DNA of 32,000 bases, taken from Halomicrobium mukohataei DSM 12286 (GTDB taxonomy: Archaea > Halobacteriota > Halobacteria > Halobacteriales > Haloarculaceae). The position numbers and the translations under genes are program-made. How positions within the stretch are numbered: position 1 is the first letter of the stretch; each line of letters starts with the position of its first letter. The stretch spans positions 120,001 to 152,000 of the forward strand of contig NC_013201.1 in assembly GCF_000023965.1 (NCBI RefSeq), in the 5' to 3' direction. The notes under the pieces were generated by a model. It was not told the origin of the DNA. It saw only the letters and a program-made list of their open reading frames with translations, and ran no database searches. Positions 10,201 through 17,205 of this stretch are shown piece after piece.

Positions 10201-11701
10201 CTCGTCTAGCCCGCTTACCGCAGATACCGATAGAGACGGTCTCACGGACGACGTCGAGCGTAACCGAACCTACACCGATCCGACCGCCGAGCGCACGTAT
10301 CAGGTGACCGTCAGCCACCAACAGTTCGTAAATCAGATCGAGTCGAATGGGAATCTACGACTGGCGAGAATGCTCGAAATTATCGACGAGAACCAAGCAC
10401 TATCTGACCTCCACCTTTCCGACGCTACTGACGACTTCGACTTCGTCATGACCGATGGCGACTCGCCGCGCGATCAAGCAGTGTTCACTGCACTTGATGG
10501 CGATAAGAGGACAGACCGCTGGCTCGATTCGGTCGAAGAGCGTTCTGAGAACACGGATCCATGGGACCCCGACTCGGACGATGATGGCCTCACTGACGGA
10601 CAGGAGGTCCATGGACTCACACAAGACCGGACTATCGGCGACTACCTGCAAGAAGATGAAGATGTGACGTTCACGACCGAACCGACGAACCCAGACAGTG
10701 ACGGTGATGGGTACTGGGACGGTTGGATCGGTGTCTACGACGTTGGACGGACTGACAACGTCGTACTGTATCGCGACCATCTCCAAAGTGGCGACGGGAT
10801 TGAAGCAGACGAGATGGTCTCCGAGCAGGCAGGCGTCCACGATATTGAAGAAGTCTCTTCGGCACTTGGAGCAGATCTTGATCGCGACGATGACATAGAA
10901 CACTCGAACATCCATATCGGTGAGCTACATTGGCAATTCTACGACGATAGCCAACTGGGGCACCCGAACGATGAGGAAACTACGCCATCCCCCTGTATAA
11001 CTGTTGAAGTTGACTACGACGATGATGTCGATCAAGCCGCCTTTGATGGGATCAACTGGTCGGAGAAGTTCTATCGGTTGTATGGTATGGATGTATCATA
11101 CAATATTGATGAGGAACTAGACGACCAAGATCTTGCAGCTGATAGACTTGACTTGGACGACGAGCGTCCGCCCACATCTCGTGACGATATTGACGAGATT
11201 GAGGAGAAGTTCCACAACAATCAGGATAGCGTCTACCTCTATTTAACGACTCAAGGTGCCGGAGGGTGGGCAGGAACCGGAGGGCGTGCCTCCAGTGATG
11301 GTGGTGGAAACTTCTTGGAGGACTACGGTATTGTGATTTTTGAGTTCAGTAGCCCACCGCCGAACCAAGTGGCAAAATTGCAGAAGGTGATCTCTCACGA
11401 AACTGGTCATGTGCTGTCTGTGGGGAAAAACGATGATCCCAACGACTTCTTGGGTAGTCCACGCGAACGGTATAGTGGGAGTCCGGACGATGGCACCCCC
11501 GAGCGGGTGATCTTGGAGACTGAAGAAGAGCAACAGCGCTACACACAGTGGAGCGTCATGCGTGCAGGTTGGAGAGAGACAGAATCATTGGCTCCCCCAA
11601 TGAACGGGAACTATACCCCATACAGTATAGAGGAACTGCTGACGATCGAATTCAATAATGCTGTCGGAGAAACCCATGGTTTAGCGAGAGGCCCCGCATG
11701 A
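7229..11701 (+). CDS. Giant secreted multidomain protein (1490 aa) with thrombospondin-type-3 Ca-binding repeats, a LamG/concanavalin-like module and a C-terminal HExxH (metzincin-like) module
   Basis: Signal peptide MATRTKVISVFLTVLLVTATFTPAVAAG, followed by a Thr/Glu-rich linker. About 14 D-x-D-x-D-G-x-x-D-x-x-E repeats lie in two blocks (~8359-8900 and ~9810-10730), e.g. DTDSDGLADRVE and DTDGDGLNDDIE. LNETFDDGQLDGWNTS...YFTVDNIQVTE spans ~9343-9790. HETGH is at 11396-11410, followed by WSVMRAGW (possible Met-turn). There are many N-x-S/T sequons. Confidence 0.85.
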   Translation: MATRTKVISVFLTVLLVTATFTPAVAAGLPASSVGNESTPIDSVGNQPTDTETPTDVQTRTETPATETESETTATETTTSGAPTSTPTATTETAIPVTPTETRNRSKVSVPDNAPPRLKKSAALAIVDRINASNSRHVARARDRINGTRSDYRGPVRVSSRQVFTDDGIAVRALMRPAQTGHSNETRRAVSLVYQADNQSARMAVEDARYVLNHYEGELSAANRQRAERQLEVAETALDRANKWGTRDAEGQAFYKSRATAIPHLRTAYQHAQKVVEFVGRDVDTTATIDRRVDPVRSGNDTRRYRIAGNVTTVDPAANEQVTITINDNQTVTTNATARRGGHGLNRSYTTTINLTEQVNRIEVTTDGETESPAVLRLDGDGLPDTYEQSVAGTDPLNPNSNSSQTARDESANETVDGWEDFDGDGLTTLEERQTGTDPFVADTDSDGLADRVEMAFTQTDPVVADTDDDGTVDGAEDPDGDGLHNAAEYANGTLPQIADTDGDQLTDGEETREYGTNATNRDTDEDGLGDGEEIELGTDPLDPDTDGDGVLDGNETFTTTATNESLGVSVEITGRGNVAESVSVSENQQDYLQNGHIADAAVTSVTSFESERSFDNATLTFEYDDETVPAGDESNLSVFWYNESIGTFTPVNSTVDTDSDTVTANVSHFSRYVVFHRQTWLAPFQQDPPDADEGRGAEIKNTTVLNETFDDGQLDGWNTSTAGDALVTVQNDQLQMRVYRCSRAQASRPIRTVQGNITVSFDWGHAADGYWEYPEWAFRNANTGERIPYTIVKGEDVSSVDNPGQSRTGSLVARAAVDGEVPIEFTLRPSVYCSNSDHKDTYFTVDNIQVTETNTSSVTDSDGDGIPDYREEAGLLVGNGTRIETDPTAADTDGDTLTDSQEFDFDDPETHPTTDREFYDTVSDPNKRDTDGDGLNDDIEREGWDIPVVSADGADRPLRFDSACQQRETDSGTIEWKGEDCTPNDYVLQVSSSPLTADTDRDGLTDDVERNRTYTDPTAERTYQVTVSHQQFVNQIESNGNLRLARMLEIIDENQALSDLHLSDATDDFDFVMTDGDSPRDQAVFTALDGDKRTDRWLDSVEERSENTDPWDPDSDDDGLTDGQEVHGLTQDRTIGDYLQEDEDVTFTTEPTNPDSDGDGYWDGWIGVYDVGRTDNVVLYRDHLQSGDGIEADEMVSEQAGVHDIEEVSSALGADLDRDDDIEHSNIHIGELHWQFYDDSQLGHPNDEETTPSPCITVEVDYDDDVDQAAFDGINWSEKFYRLYGMDVSYNIDEELDDQDLAADRLDLDDERPPTSRDDIDEIEEKFHNNQDSVYLYLTTQGAGGWAGTGGRASSDGGGNFLEDYGIVIFEFSSPPPNQVAKLQKVISHETGHVLSVGKNDDPNDFLGSPRERYSGSPDDGTPERVILETEEEQQRYTQWSVMRAGWRETESLAPPMNGNYTPYSIEELLTIEFNNAVGETHGLARGPA

Positions 11702-12171
11702 TCAATCTCGAATCATTGAATCGCCACCGATTCGGCTTGCTCGCGACGATGCTACTCCTCGTTGGAGTGGTGCTCGGGGCCGCTATCGCTGCCTCGTTTG
11801 TCTATCCTCGCCCACCACCAGAGCAACCCGCTAGTCTCCACGTGCATGGTGAACTTGAGCAGGACAATGAGACAGTCGTCTTCGATGGACGAGCAGAGTT
11901 ACATGGCGGGATAATGGGTGATTCGGTAAAGGGTGTCCGTGTGCTGTTCTACAACACGACAGCCATCTATCGGACTGTGCAAGTCGGCACGCTGATAGCC
12001 ACAACCGGCAACGATTCGGCTTGGAAATCCCCGATCACCATCACGCTCGCACAGACACCGGCACACGTAACGATCGAGTACGAATCGTTCAACAACGCCG
12101 ATCAGCGGCCGCTTGTGACTGAGGGTTTGAGACAGCAGAATGGAACACTCGTTCCCGACACCGGGAGCTGA
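11698..12171 (+). CDS. Small N-terminally membrane-anchored protein of unknown function, translationally coupled to the giant gene
   Basis: ATGA overlap with the stop at 11701. One N-terminal TM helix (FGLLATMLLLVGVVLGAAIAASFVY) precedes a beta-rich extracytoplasmic part. I recognise no family. Confidence 0.6.
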   Translation: MINLESLNRHRFGLLATMLLLVGVVLGAAIAASFVYPRPPPEQPASLHVHGELEQDNETVVFDGRAELHGGIMGDSVKGVRVLFYNTTAIYRTVQVGTLIATTGNDSAWKSPITITLAQTPAHVTIEYESFNNADQRPLVTEGLRQQNGTLVPDTGS

Positions 12172-12272
12172 TGGCTTGGTACCCAGAGGAGTTCTCCACT
12201 AGATCTGTTCAGGATTTTGCCGCCGACTAACGGTTACTGATGATGAGATCGAAAATCGATGCGATCTGACCG

Positions 12273-13213
12273 CTGTGCTCTGTTGAATCCGATGACGGCG
12301 ATTGGATAGCGTTGCTGTGAAGGTGGAAGCGAAGCGGAGAGAGTGAATGTACCAATGCCACTCTTCCGCTTCGTTACACAAGCCGCATCGCTGGCTCAAA
12401 AACGCTGTGCCGCCAGCCCCACGGCGGTGGTGAGTGACCCGGCTGGCAACGGATTTGCGGATTGGAAGCATCTGACGCTGCATTTCTTGCGGATCCACAT
12501 GGACGCGAGCTACCGCGAGATCGTCGATTGGGCGAGTGAGATGGATCGCGTTCGTGGCCTGTTGCAGTTGGCTCGGACCGACTTCCCGGCCCCCTCGACG
12601 CTGTGTCGATCCTTCGAACGGGTGCCGATCCGTATCTGGCGGCAACTGCTCCGTCGGTCGGCGACCCGCTGCGATCCCGGCAATCATGGGGCGCTGGATG
12701 CCACGTTTTTCGACCGTGAAGCGGCATCCAGCCACTACGTCGACCGGTCGGATCGCCACATACGCACGCTGAAAACGACGGCCCTCGTAGACACGGAGGC
12801 GTGTGCCGTCCTCGACCTCCACTGCTCGGCACACTGGCCCCACGATACACAGGTCGGCCGTCAAGTGGCGCTGCGCAATACCACTGAAATCGAGAGTCTC
12901 GCCGGTGACAAAGGCTACGACGATCAGTCACTGCGGGACGCACTGCGTTCCGAAGGCGTCCGGCCGGTCATCAGACACCGCTTGTTCGCGCACTACGATC
13001 ACGCCCACAACGCACGGTTGGACAGCGATCTCTACGGGCAGCGATGGATGGCCGAGACCGCATTCTCGGCCATCAAGCGCCGATTTGGTCCGCTGTCGGG
13101 CCGAGCGCGTGGTACCGCGAATTCCGAGAACTGGTACTCACCGTCGCCGTCTACAACCTCGAACAAGCCATCAAGGAGTGATCGCTACGCCGTCCCTGGA
13201 TTCAACAAGGCAG
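12273..13213 (+). mobile_element. IS5-family insertion sequence (~941 bp)
   Basis: Imperfect terminal inverted repeats CTGTGCTCTGTTGAATCC (12273-12290) and GGATTCAACAAGGCAG (13198-13213). Flanked by a near-perfect 8-bp direct repeat, TCTGACCG (12265-12272) and TCTGAACG (13214-13221). Confidence 0.7.
12343..13181 (+). pseudogene. IS5-family DDE transposase with a frameshift close to the C-terminus (~13090)
   Basis: Frame 1 gives family-typical DATFFDREAASSHY, DKGYDD and RWMAETAFSAIKRRFG. After ~13090 the conserved family C-terminus AWYREFRELVLTVAVYNLEQAIKE* is readable only in frame 3 (stop 13179-13181). Frame 1 instead runs on as non-homologous sequence to 13218. Confidence 0.7.
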
Positions 13214-13609
13214 TCTGAACGGGTTCATCGATACGCGCCAGAGAGTCCCGCTGGCCGAACCGCCGTCGCAGTCGTCGCGTCTCTGATTGGCGTGCCGGCA
13301 GCGGTCGTCGGGTTCTTCGGACTGGTCGGTAACCTCGTGGCCGGATTCTTGCTCCTCGTCCCCGCTCTGGCGATGCTCTACGTCGCCGCGCAGCTAACGG
13401 TCGGTGTCGTCAAGCAGGCGAACGACGCCCCGAAACCCCGATTTCACGACGAGCGAGACGACGCGGCCGAGACACCAGTCGAAACCCTGCGACGGCGATA
13501 CGCCGAAGGCGAACTGAGCCACGAGGAATTTCGGCAACGCCTCGATCACCTTCTCGACACTGAGACGTCGAAACGAGCGTCCGACGAATGTGACCGTCTT
13601 CTCGAATAG
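13214..13609 (+). pseudogene. SHOCT-domain small membrane protein, 5' end apparently severed by the IS5 insertion
   Basis: Frame 2 encodes ...RTAVAVVASLIGVPAAVVGFFGLVGNLVAGFLLLVPALAMLYVAAQLTVGVV (two TM helices), then ETLRRRYAEGELSHEEFRQRLDHLL (SHOCT-like). There is no ATG before 13374. This frame upstream is IS sequence. An internal GTG at ~13291 could still give a shorter product. Confidence 0.5.
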
Positions 13610-13843
13610 ATTTTCATCGAAACTGCAATATTGGACCCGGGTTCGATCGCCCCTTTTCGACAGCTATCACGTCACAGTGTCGTACCGACGAACAGTCTCT
13701 ACCGTCCCGTTCGCTCGTGTCGAGAAAGCGGCCAACGAAGTCGAATTTCTTGGCGTCTCCCCCGTTCGCCGTCGGCGGTCTCGCTCGCCGCGCTGGGACG
13801 ACGGCGAAAGAGTTTTTCTGAGTGGCCCCAATATTCGACAGGA

Positions 13844-14284
13844 ATGACGCTCCCTATCGACCCGACACAGATCGATCCCGACGACATCGGCGAGGCCCAG
13901 ACGACCCTGGAGATGGACCACGAGGACGCCGTCGAACACGTCCGAGAGGTGTTTACGGCTGCAGGCTTCGGCGTTCCGGTCGAGTTCTCGCCGTCGGAGA
14001 TGCTCAACGAGAAGGTCGACGCGGACCGGGACCCCTACTACGTCCTCGGTGCCTGCAACCCGGCCGTCGCGGATCGGGCGCTCGACGCGACCGACAACCG
14101 GCTCGGCGCGCTCATGCCCTGTAACGTCGTCGTCTGGGAGGAAGCGCCCGGCCGACAGCGCGTCTACCACGTCTCGATCATGCGTCTCGCGCGCCTGGTC
14201 GGCATGGCCCCCGACGACGACGTGATGGCCGATATCGTCGCCGACACCGGAGAGATGGTCGACGAAGCCTTCGAGAACCTCTGA
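13844..14284 (+). CDS. DUF302 domain-containing protein
   Basis: An ATG at 13844 is preferred over the basic, non-halophilic upstream extension. Family-typical PYYVLGACNPAVADRAL...LGALMPCNVVVWEE is present. Confidence 0.8.
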   Translation: MTLPIDPTQIDPDDIGEAQTTLEMDHEDAVEHVREVFTAAGFGVPVEFSPSEMLNEKVDADRDPYYVLGACNPAVADRALDATDNRLGALMPCNVVVWEEAPGRQRVYHVSIMRLARLVGMAPDDDVMADIVADTGEMVDEAFENL

Positions 14285-14285
14285 G

Positions 14286-14846
14286 ATGGGATTTCACACG
14301 TTCGACGCCGCGCGGGCGGACAAGCTGGAGGACGCGGCCCGGCGGTACCGCGCTCTCTCGGCCGAGGAACTGCTCTGGGCGCTCTCGCTGGACGGCGACG
14401 ACGTGATCGCGGATCTCGGCAGCGGGACCGGTTTCTACACCGACGACGCTGCTGCCATCGCGGACACGGTGTACGCCGTCGACGTACAGAGCGAGATGCA
14501 CGACTACTACCGGGAGAAGGGCGTTCCAGACAACGTCGACCTGGTGACCAGCGGCGTCGCCGACCTCCCGCTGGCCACTGACAGTCTCGACGCCGCGTTC
14601 TCGACGATGACGTACCACGAGTTCGCGGACGAGGCTGCCCTCGCGGAGATCGCACGGGTGCTGACCGACGGCGGGCGACTCGTCGTCGCCGACTGGGCGG
14701 CCAGTGGCAGCGGCGACGCCGGTCCACCTCTCGACGAGCGCTTTACGGCGTCGCAGGCGACGGACGCACTCCGAGACGCCGGCTTCACCATCGAACACGA
14801 CGCCGTTCGCCCTGAGACGTTCCTCGTGATCGCCACGAGACGGTAG
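14286..14846 (+). CDS. Class I SAM-dependent methyltransferase
   Basis: Motif I VIADLGSGTGFYT and a Methyltransf_11-like layout (DAAFSTMTYHEF...GGRLVVADW). The gene starts 1 nt after the DUF302 stop. Confidence 0.85.
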   Translation: MGFHTFDAARADKLEDAARRYRALSAEELLWALSLDGDDVIADLGSGTGFYTDDAAAIADTVYAVDVQSEMHDYYREKGVPDNVDLVTSGVADLPLATDSLDAAFSTMTYHEFADEAALAEIARVLTDGGRLVVADWAASGSGDAGPPLDERFTASQATDALRDAGFTIEHDAVRPETFLVIATRR

Positions 14847-14989
14847 GCCGAACTCCGTTCTGCTAGATGTTTTCGAGCGGCCGAACAGTCGCCCGGTGGG
14901 GAATCGTCGCTCTCACCGACGGTTCTGGATCGTCCTTTCAGCCACTCAGAGTCACTGTACGGCGCTGCCACGTTCGCCAACTGTTGTAG

Positions 14990-15009
14990 ATTTTAGGCTA
15001 TCCTAAAAT
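14990..15009 (+). promoter_or_regulatory. Iron-box-like palindrome, site a: ATTTTAGGCTATCCTAAAAT
   Basis: Perfect 8-bp arms ATTTTAGG/CCTAAAAT with a 4-bp spacer. One of six related sites in the window. Confidence 0.6.
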
Positions 15010-15025
15010 CGAAGGCCATTTATCA

Positions 15026-15043
15026 CTTTAGGATGGACTAAAA
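15026..15043 (+). promoter_or_regulatory. Iron-box-like palindrome, site b: CTTTAGGATGGACTAAAA
   Basis: Degenerate copy of the same motif, 35 bp centre-to-centre from site a. Confidence 0.45.
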
Positions 15044-15090
15044 CCTACGGTGAAAGACGGCGGAGACGAGGCACGACCGACGCGAAGAAA

Positions 15091-15207
15091 ATGCATATTG
15101 GCGAGTGGTCGGGCGAGGTCACCGCCGACGAGCTGCCGACGATACCAGGGGACGAACGGCTGTTCGACCGCGAGGCGCTCGCAGCGGCCGTCACCGGGTC
15201 GAACTAA
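15091..15207 (+). CDS. Candidate 38-aa acidic small protein (MHIGEWSGEVTADELPTIPGDERLFDREALAAAVTGSN); alternatively part of a small RNA
   Basis: This is the only acidic, high-GC3 reading frame between the site a/b pair and the next promoter. It is followed by a short hairpin plus T-tract. It is below the length cutoff of the supplied ORF track, and I recognise no homology. Confidence 0.25.
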   Translation: MHIGEWSGEVTADELPTIPGDERLFDREALAAAVTGSN

Positions 15208-15228
15208 CCGCTGATCCGCGGTCTTTTC
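15207..15228 (+). terminator. Possible terminator: ACCGC-TGATCC-GCGGT hairpin followed by CTTTTC
   Basis: A 5-bp stem directly after the TAA of the 38-aa ORF, followed by a T4 run. This is weak evidence. Confidence 0.2.
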
Positions 15229-15322
15229 GCTGTCTCGCTGCACCGGTCGCTCCGGCGTTCCAGTCGCTCGAAACCACCGGACGACGACCTGACGGACGCG
15301 AGCGAGAGAAACACTTATTACG

Positions 15323-15340
15323 TTTTAGGCTAGCCTAAAG
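15323..15340 (+). promoter_or_regulatory. Iron-box-like palindrome, site c: TTTTAGGCTAGCCTAAAG
   Basis: The inner 16 bp, TTTAGGCTAGCCTAAA (15324-15339), form a perfect palindrome. It ends 8 nt before the GTG at 15349. Confidence 0.65.
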
Positions 15341-15348
15341 ATCAACGG

Positions 15349-17205
15349 GTGAAATTCTACATGAGAGACGAGGCCAGTCGTGGCGTCTCGAGTACAGCGG
15401 TCGAGCGGCTCCGGACGACCCTGCAGACGGACCGCTGGCAGAGCGCCGATCGTGCGCTGCTCGCGAAGATGCTCGCGGAGTTCACCTACGAGAAACTCCT
15501 CGACCCCGAGGAGTACGCCGTCGACGGCGACTGGCGCGTCTATCGCGTCCCGCTGGGCGACACCACCTACGAATTCCGGGCACAGGAGCGGGTCTTCGAC
15601 AGCTACCGCGTCGATTCGTCGTCGATCCGGAAACGCGTCGGCGACGGTGCGTGGACGGCGGCGAGCGACGCGATCCAGTTCCTGCTCGACGCTCGCGAGA
15701 CGCTGGGGATCGACGATCAGACGGCGAGTTACCTCGTCCGGGAGTACAACAACACGCTCCTGGCGGACACACACATCGACGCCGACGCCGCCGACGCCGC
15801 CGACAGCATCCTGGATCTCGACGCGATGGAGATCGAAGGGGAGATGCGGGGTCACCCGTGGTTCACGGTCAACAAGGGGCGTGTCGGTTTCGACTACGAG
15901 GACTATCTCCGGTACGCGCCGGAGAACCAGCGTCCCCAGTCACTGCAGTGGGTCGCAGTTCGCCGGTCCGAGGCGACGTTCGCGAGCGTCGACGGGCTCG
16001 ATTACGACGGGCTGATGGAGACACACCTCGGCGACCACGTCGGCGAGTTCGAACGCCTCGTCTCGGAGCAGGGTCTCGAACCCGCCGGGTACTACCTCAT
16101 GCCCGTCCACGAGTGGCAGTGGCGGGACACGCTGGCCCAGCTGTTCGCGCCCGCGATCGCGGCCGACGAGATCGTGCCACTCGGAGACGGCCCCGACACG
16201 TACCTCCCTCAGCAGTCGATCCGGACCCTCACCAACCGTTCGGACCCGACGAAACCACACGTCAAGCTTCCGATGCGGATACTGAACACGATCGTGTATC
16301 GCGGTCTACCGGGCGAGCAAGCGCTGGCCGCGCCCCGCGTGACGGCGGCGGTCAAGGAGATTCGCGATCGGGACCCGTTCCTCAGTGACGAGTGTGACCT
16401 CGTGCTCCCCGGCGAGATCGCGAGTATCAACTACGAGCACCCCCAGTTTTCCCAGCTCTCGGGCGCGCCCTACCAGTACCAGGAGCTGCTGGGCGCGGTC
16501 TGGCGCGAGAGCGTCCAGTCGTTCACGACGGCCTCCGAGCGGGCGGTACCACTCTCCGCGCTGTTCCACCGCGATCTCGACGGCTCGCCCATCGTCTCCG
16601 AGTTCGCCTCTCGGGCTGGGCTCTCGCTGTCGGACTGGATCGACGAGTTCCTCGACGTCCTCTTCGAGCCGTTGCTGCACTACCTGTACAAGTACGGACT
16701 GGTGTTCATGCCACACGGGACGAACGTCCTCGTGATCCACCGGGACGGACGCCCGGTCCGGATCGCGGTCAAGGACTACGTCGACGAGATCGCGCTGAGC
16801 GACGAACGCCTCCCCGAGGCGTCCGCGATTCCCGACGATCTGTACGATCATCCCGACATCCTCCATCAGAAGGGGCCAGAGGCGCTGTGTCAGCACATCT
16901 TTGGGACCGTGTTCATCTGTGTCCTCCGATACGTTTCCGACCTCCTCGAACGGGAAGTCGGCTACGAGGAGACGACCTTCTGGCGGCAGGTCCGGGACAG
17001 CATCGAGCGGTACCAGTCGGCACACCCGGACCTGGAGCAGCGCTTCGACCGCTTCGATCTGTTCGAACCCGAGTTTACCCGCCTCTGTCTGAACCGCGGC
17101 CGCCTGACCGACTACGGGTACAGCGACGATCCCGAGCCACCGGGTGTGACCGCTCACGGGACCGTGACGAACACGCTCGCCGAGTTGGGCGACGATAGCC
17201 GGTAA
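15349..17205 (+). CDS. IucA/IucC-family NIS siderophore synthetase, IucC/DesD-like subtype (stand-alone)
   Basis: N-terminus ADRALLAKMLAEFTYEKLL, then GHPWFTVNKGRVGF, QQSIRTL and the FhuF-like C-terminal half (MPHGTNVLV...KDYVDE). An alternative ATG start is at 15361. Confidence 0.85.
   Translation: MKFYMRDEASRGVSSTAVERLRTTLQTDRWQSADRALLAKMLAEFTYEKLLDPEEYAVDGDWRVYRVPLGDTTYEFRAQERVFDSYRVDSSSIRKRVGDGAWTAASDAIQFLLDARETLGIDDQTASYLVREYNNTLLADTHIDADAADAADSILDLDAMEIEGEMRGHPWFTVNKGRVGFDYEDYLRYAPENQRPQSLQWVAVRRSEATFASVDGLDYDGLMETHLGDHVGEFERLVSEQGLEPAGYYLMPVHEWQWRDTLAQLFAPAIAADEIVPLGDGPDTYLPQQSIRTLTNRSDPTKPHVKLPMRILNTIVYRGLPGEQALAAPRVTAAVKEIRDRDPFLSDECDLVLPGEIASINYEHPQFSQLSGAPYQYQELLGAVWRESVQSFTTASERAVPLSALFHRDLDGSPIVSEFASRAGLSLSDWIDEFLDVLFEPLLHYLYKYGLVFMPHGTNVLVIHRDGRPVRIAVKDYVDEIALSDERLPEASAIPDDLYDHPDILHQKGPEALCQHIFGTVFICVLRYVSDLLEREVGYEETTFWRQVRDSIERYQSAHPDLEQRFDRFDLFEPEFTRLCLNRGRLTDYGYSDDPEPPGVTAHGTVTNTLAELGDDSR

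Noticed and set aside
12803-13213. 5' two-thirds of the listed ORF 12803..13609
   Set aside because: This part is an alternative-frame reading of the IS5 transposase gene and is basic and Ser/Thr/Arg-rich. Only the portion downstream of the IS end (13214 onward) looks like a genuine protein with TM helices and a SHOCT domain.
13638-13648. tRNA T-arm-like CGGGTTCGATC, also present at 5946-5956, considered as tRNA fragments or att direct repeats for the integrase
   Set aside because: Neither copy can be extended into a cloverleaf, because the flanking stems do not pair. An 11-mer match is expected many times by chance in 32 kb. The integrase lies outside the interval the two copies would delimit.
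14507-14980. 157-aa minus-strand ORF starting 10 nt from iron box a, considered as the target of the a/b operator pair
   Set aside because: It has a TTG start and a Ser/Arg/Ala-rich non-halophilic composition. About 340 nt of it are antisense to the well-supported methyltransferase gene. An antisense RNA cannot be excluded, but a protein product is unlikely.
15028-15338. ORFs 15028..15243 (-) and 15105..15338 (+) between the methyltransferase and the first synthetase
   Set aside because: Both are Arg-rich and basic and overlap each other. The plus-strand ORF runs through iron box c. The shorter acidic 38-aa frame is the only candidate I kept, at low confidence.
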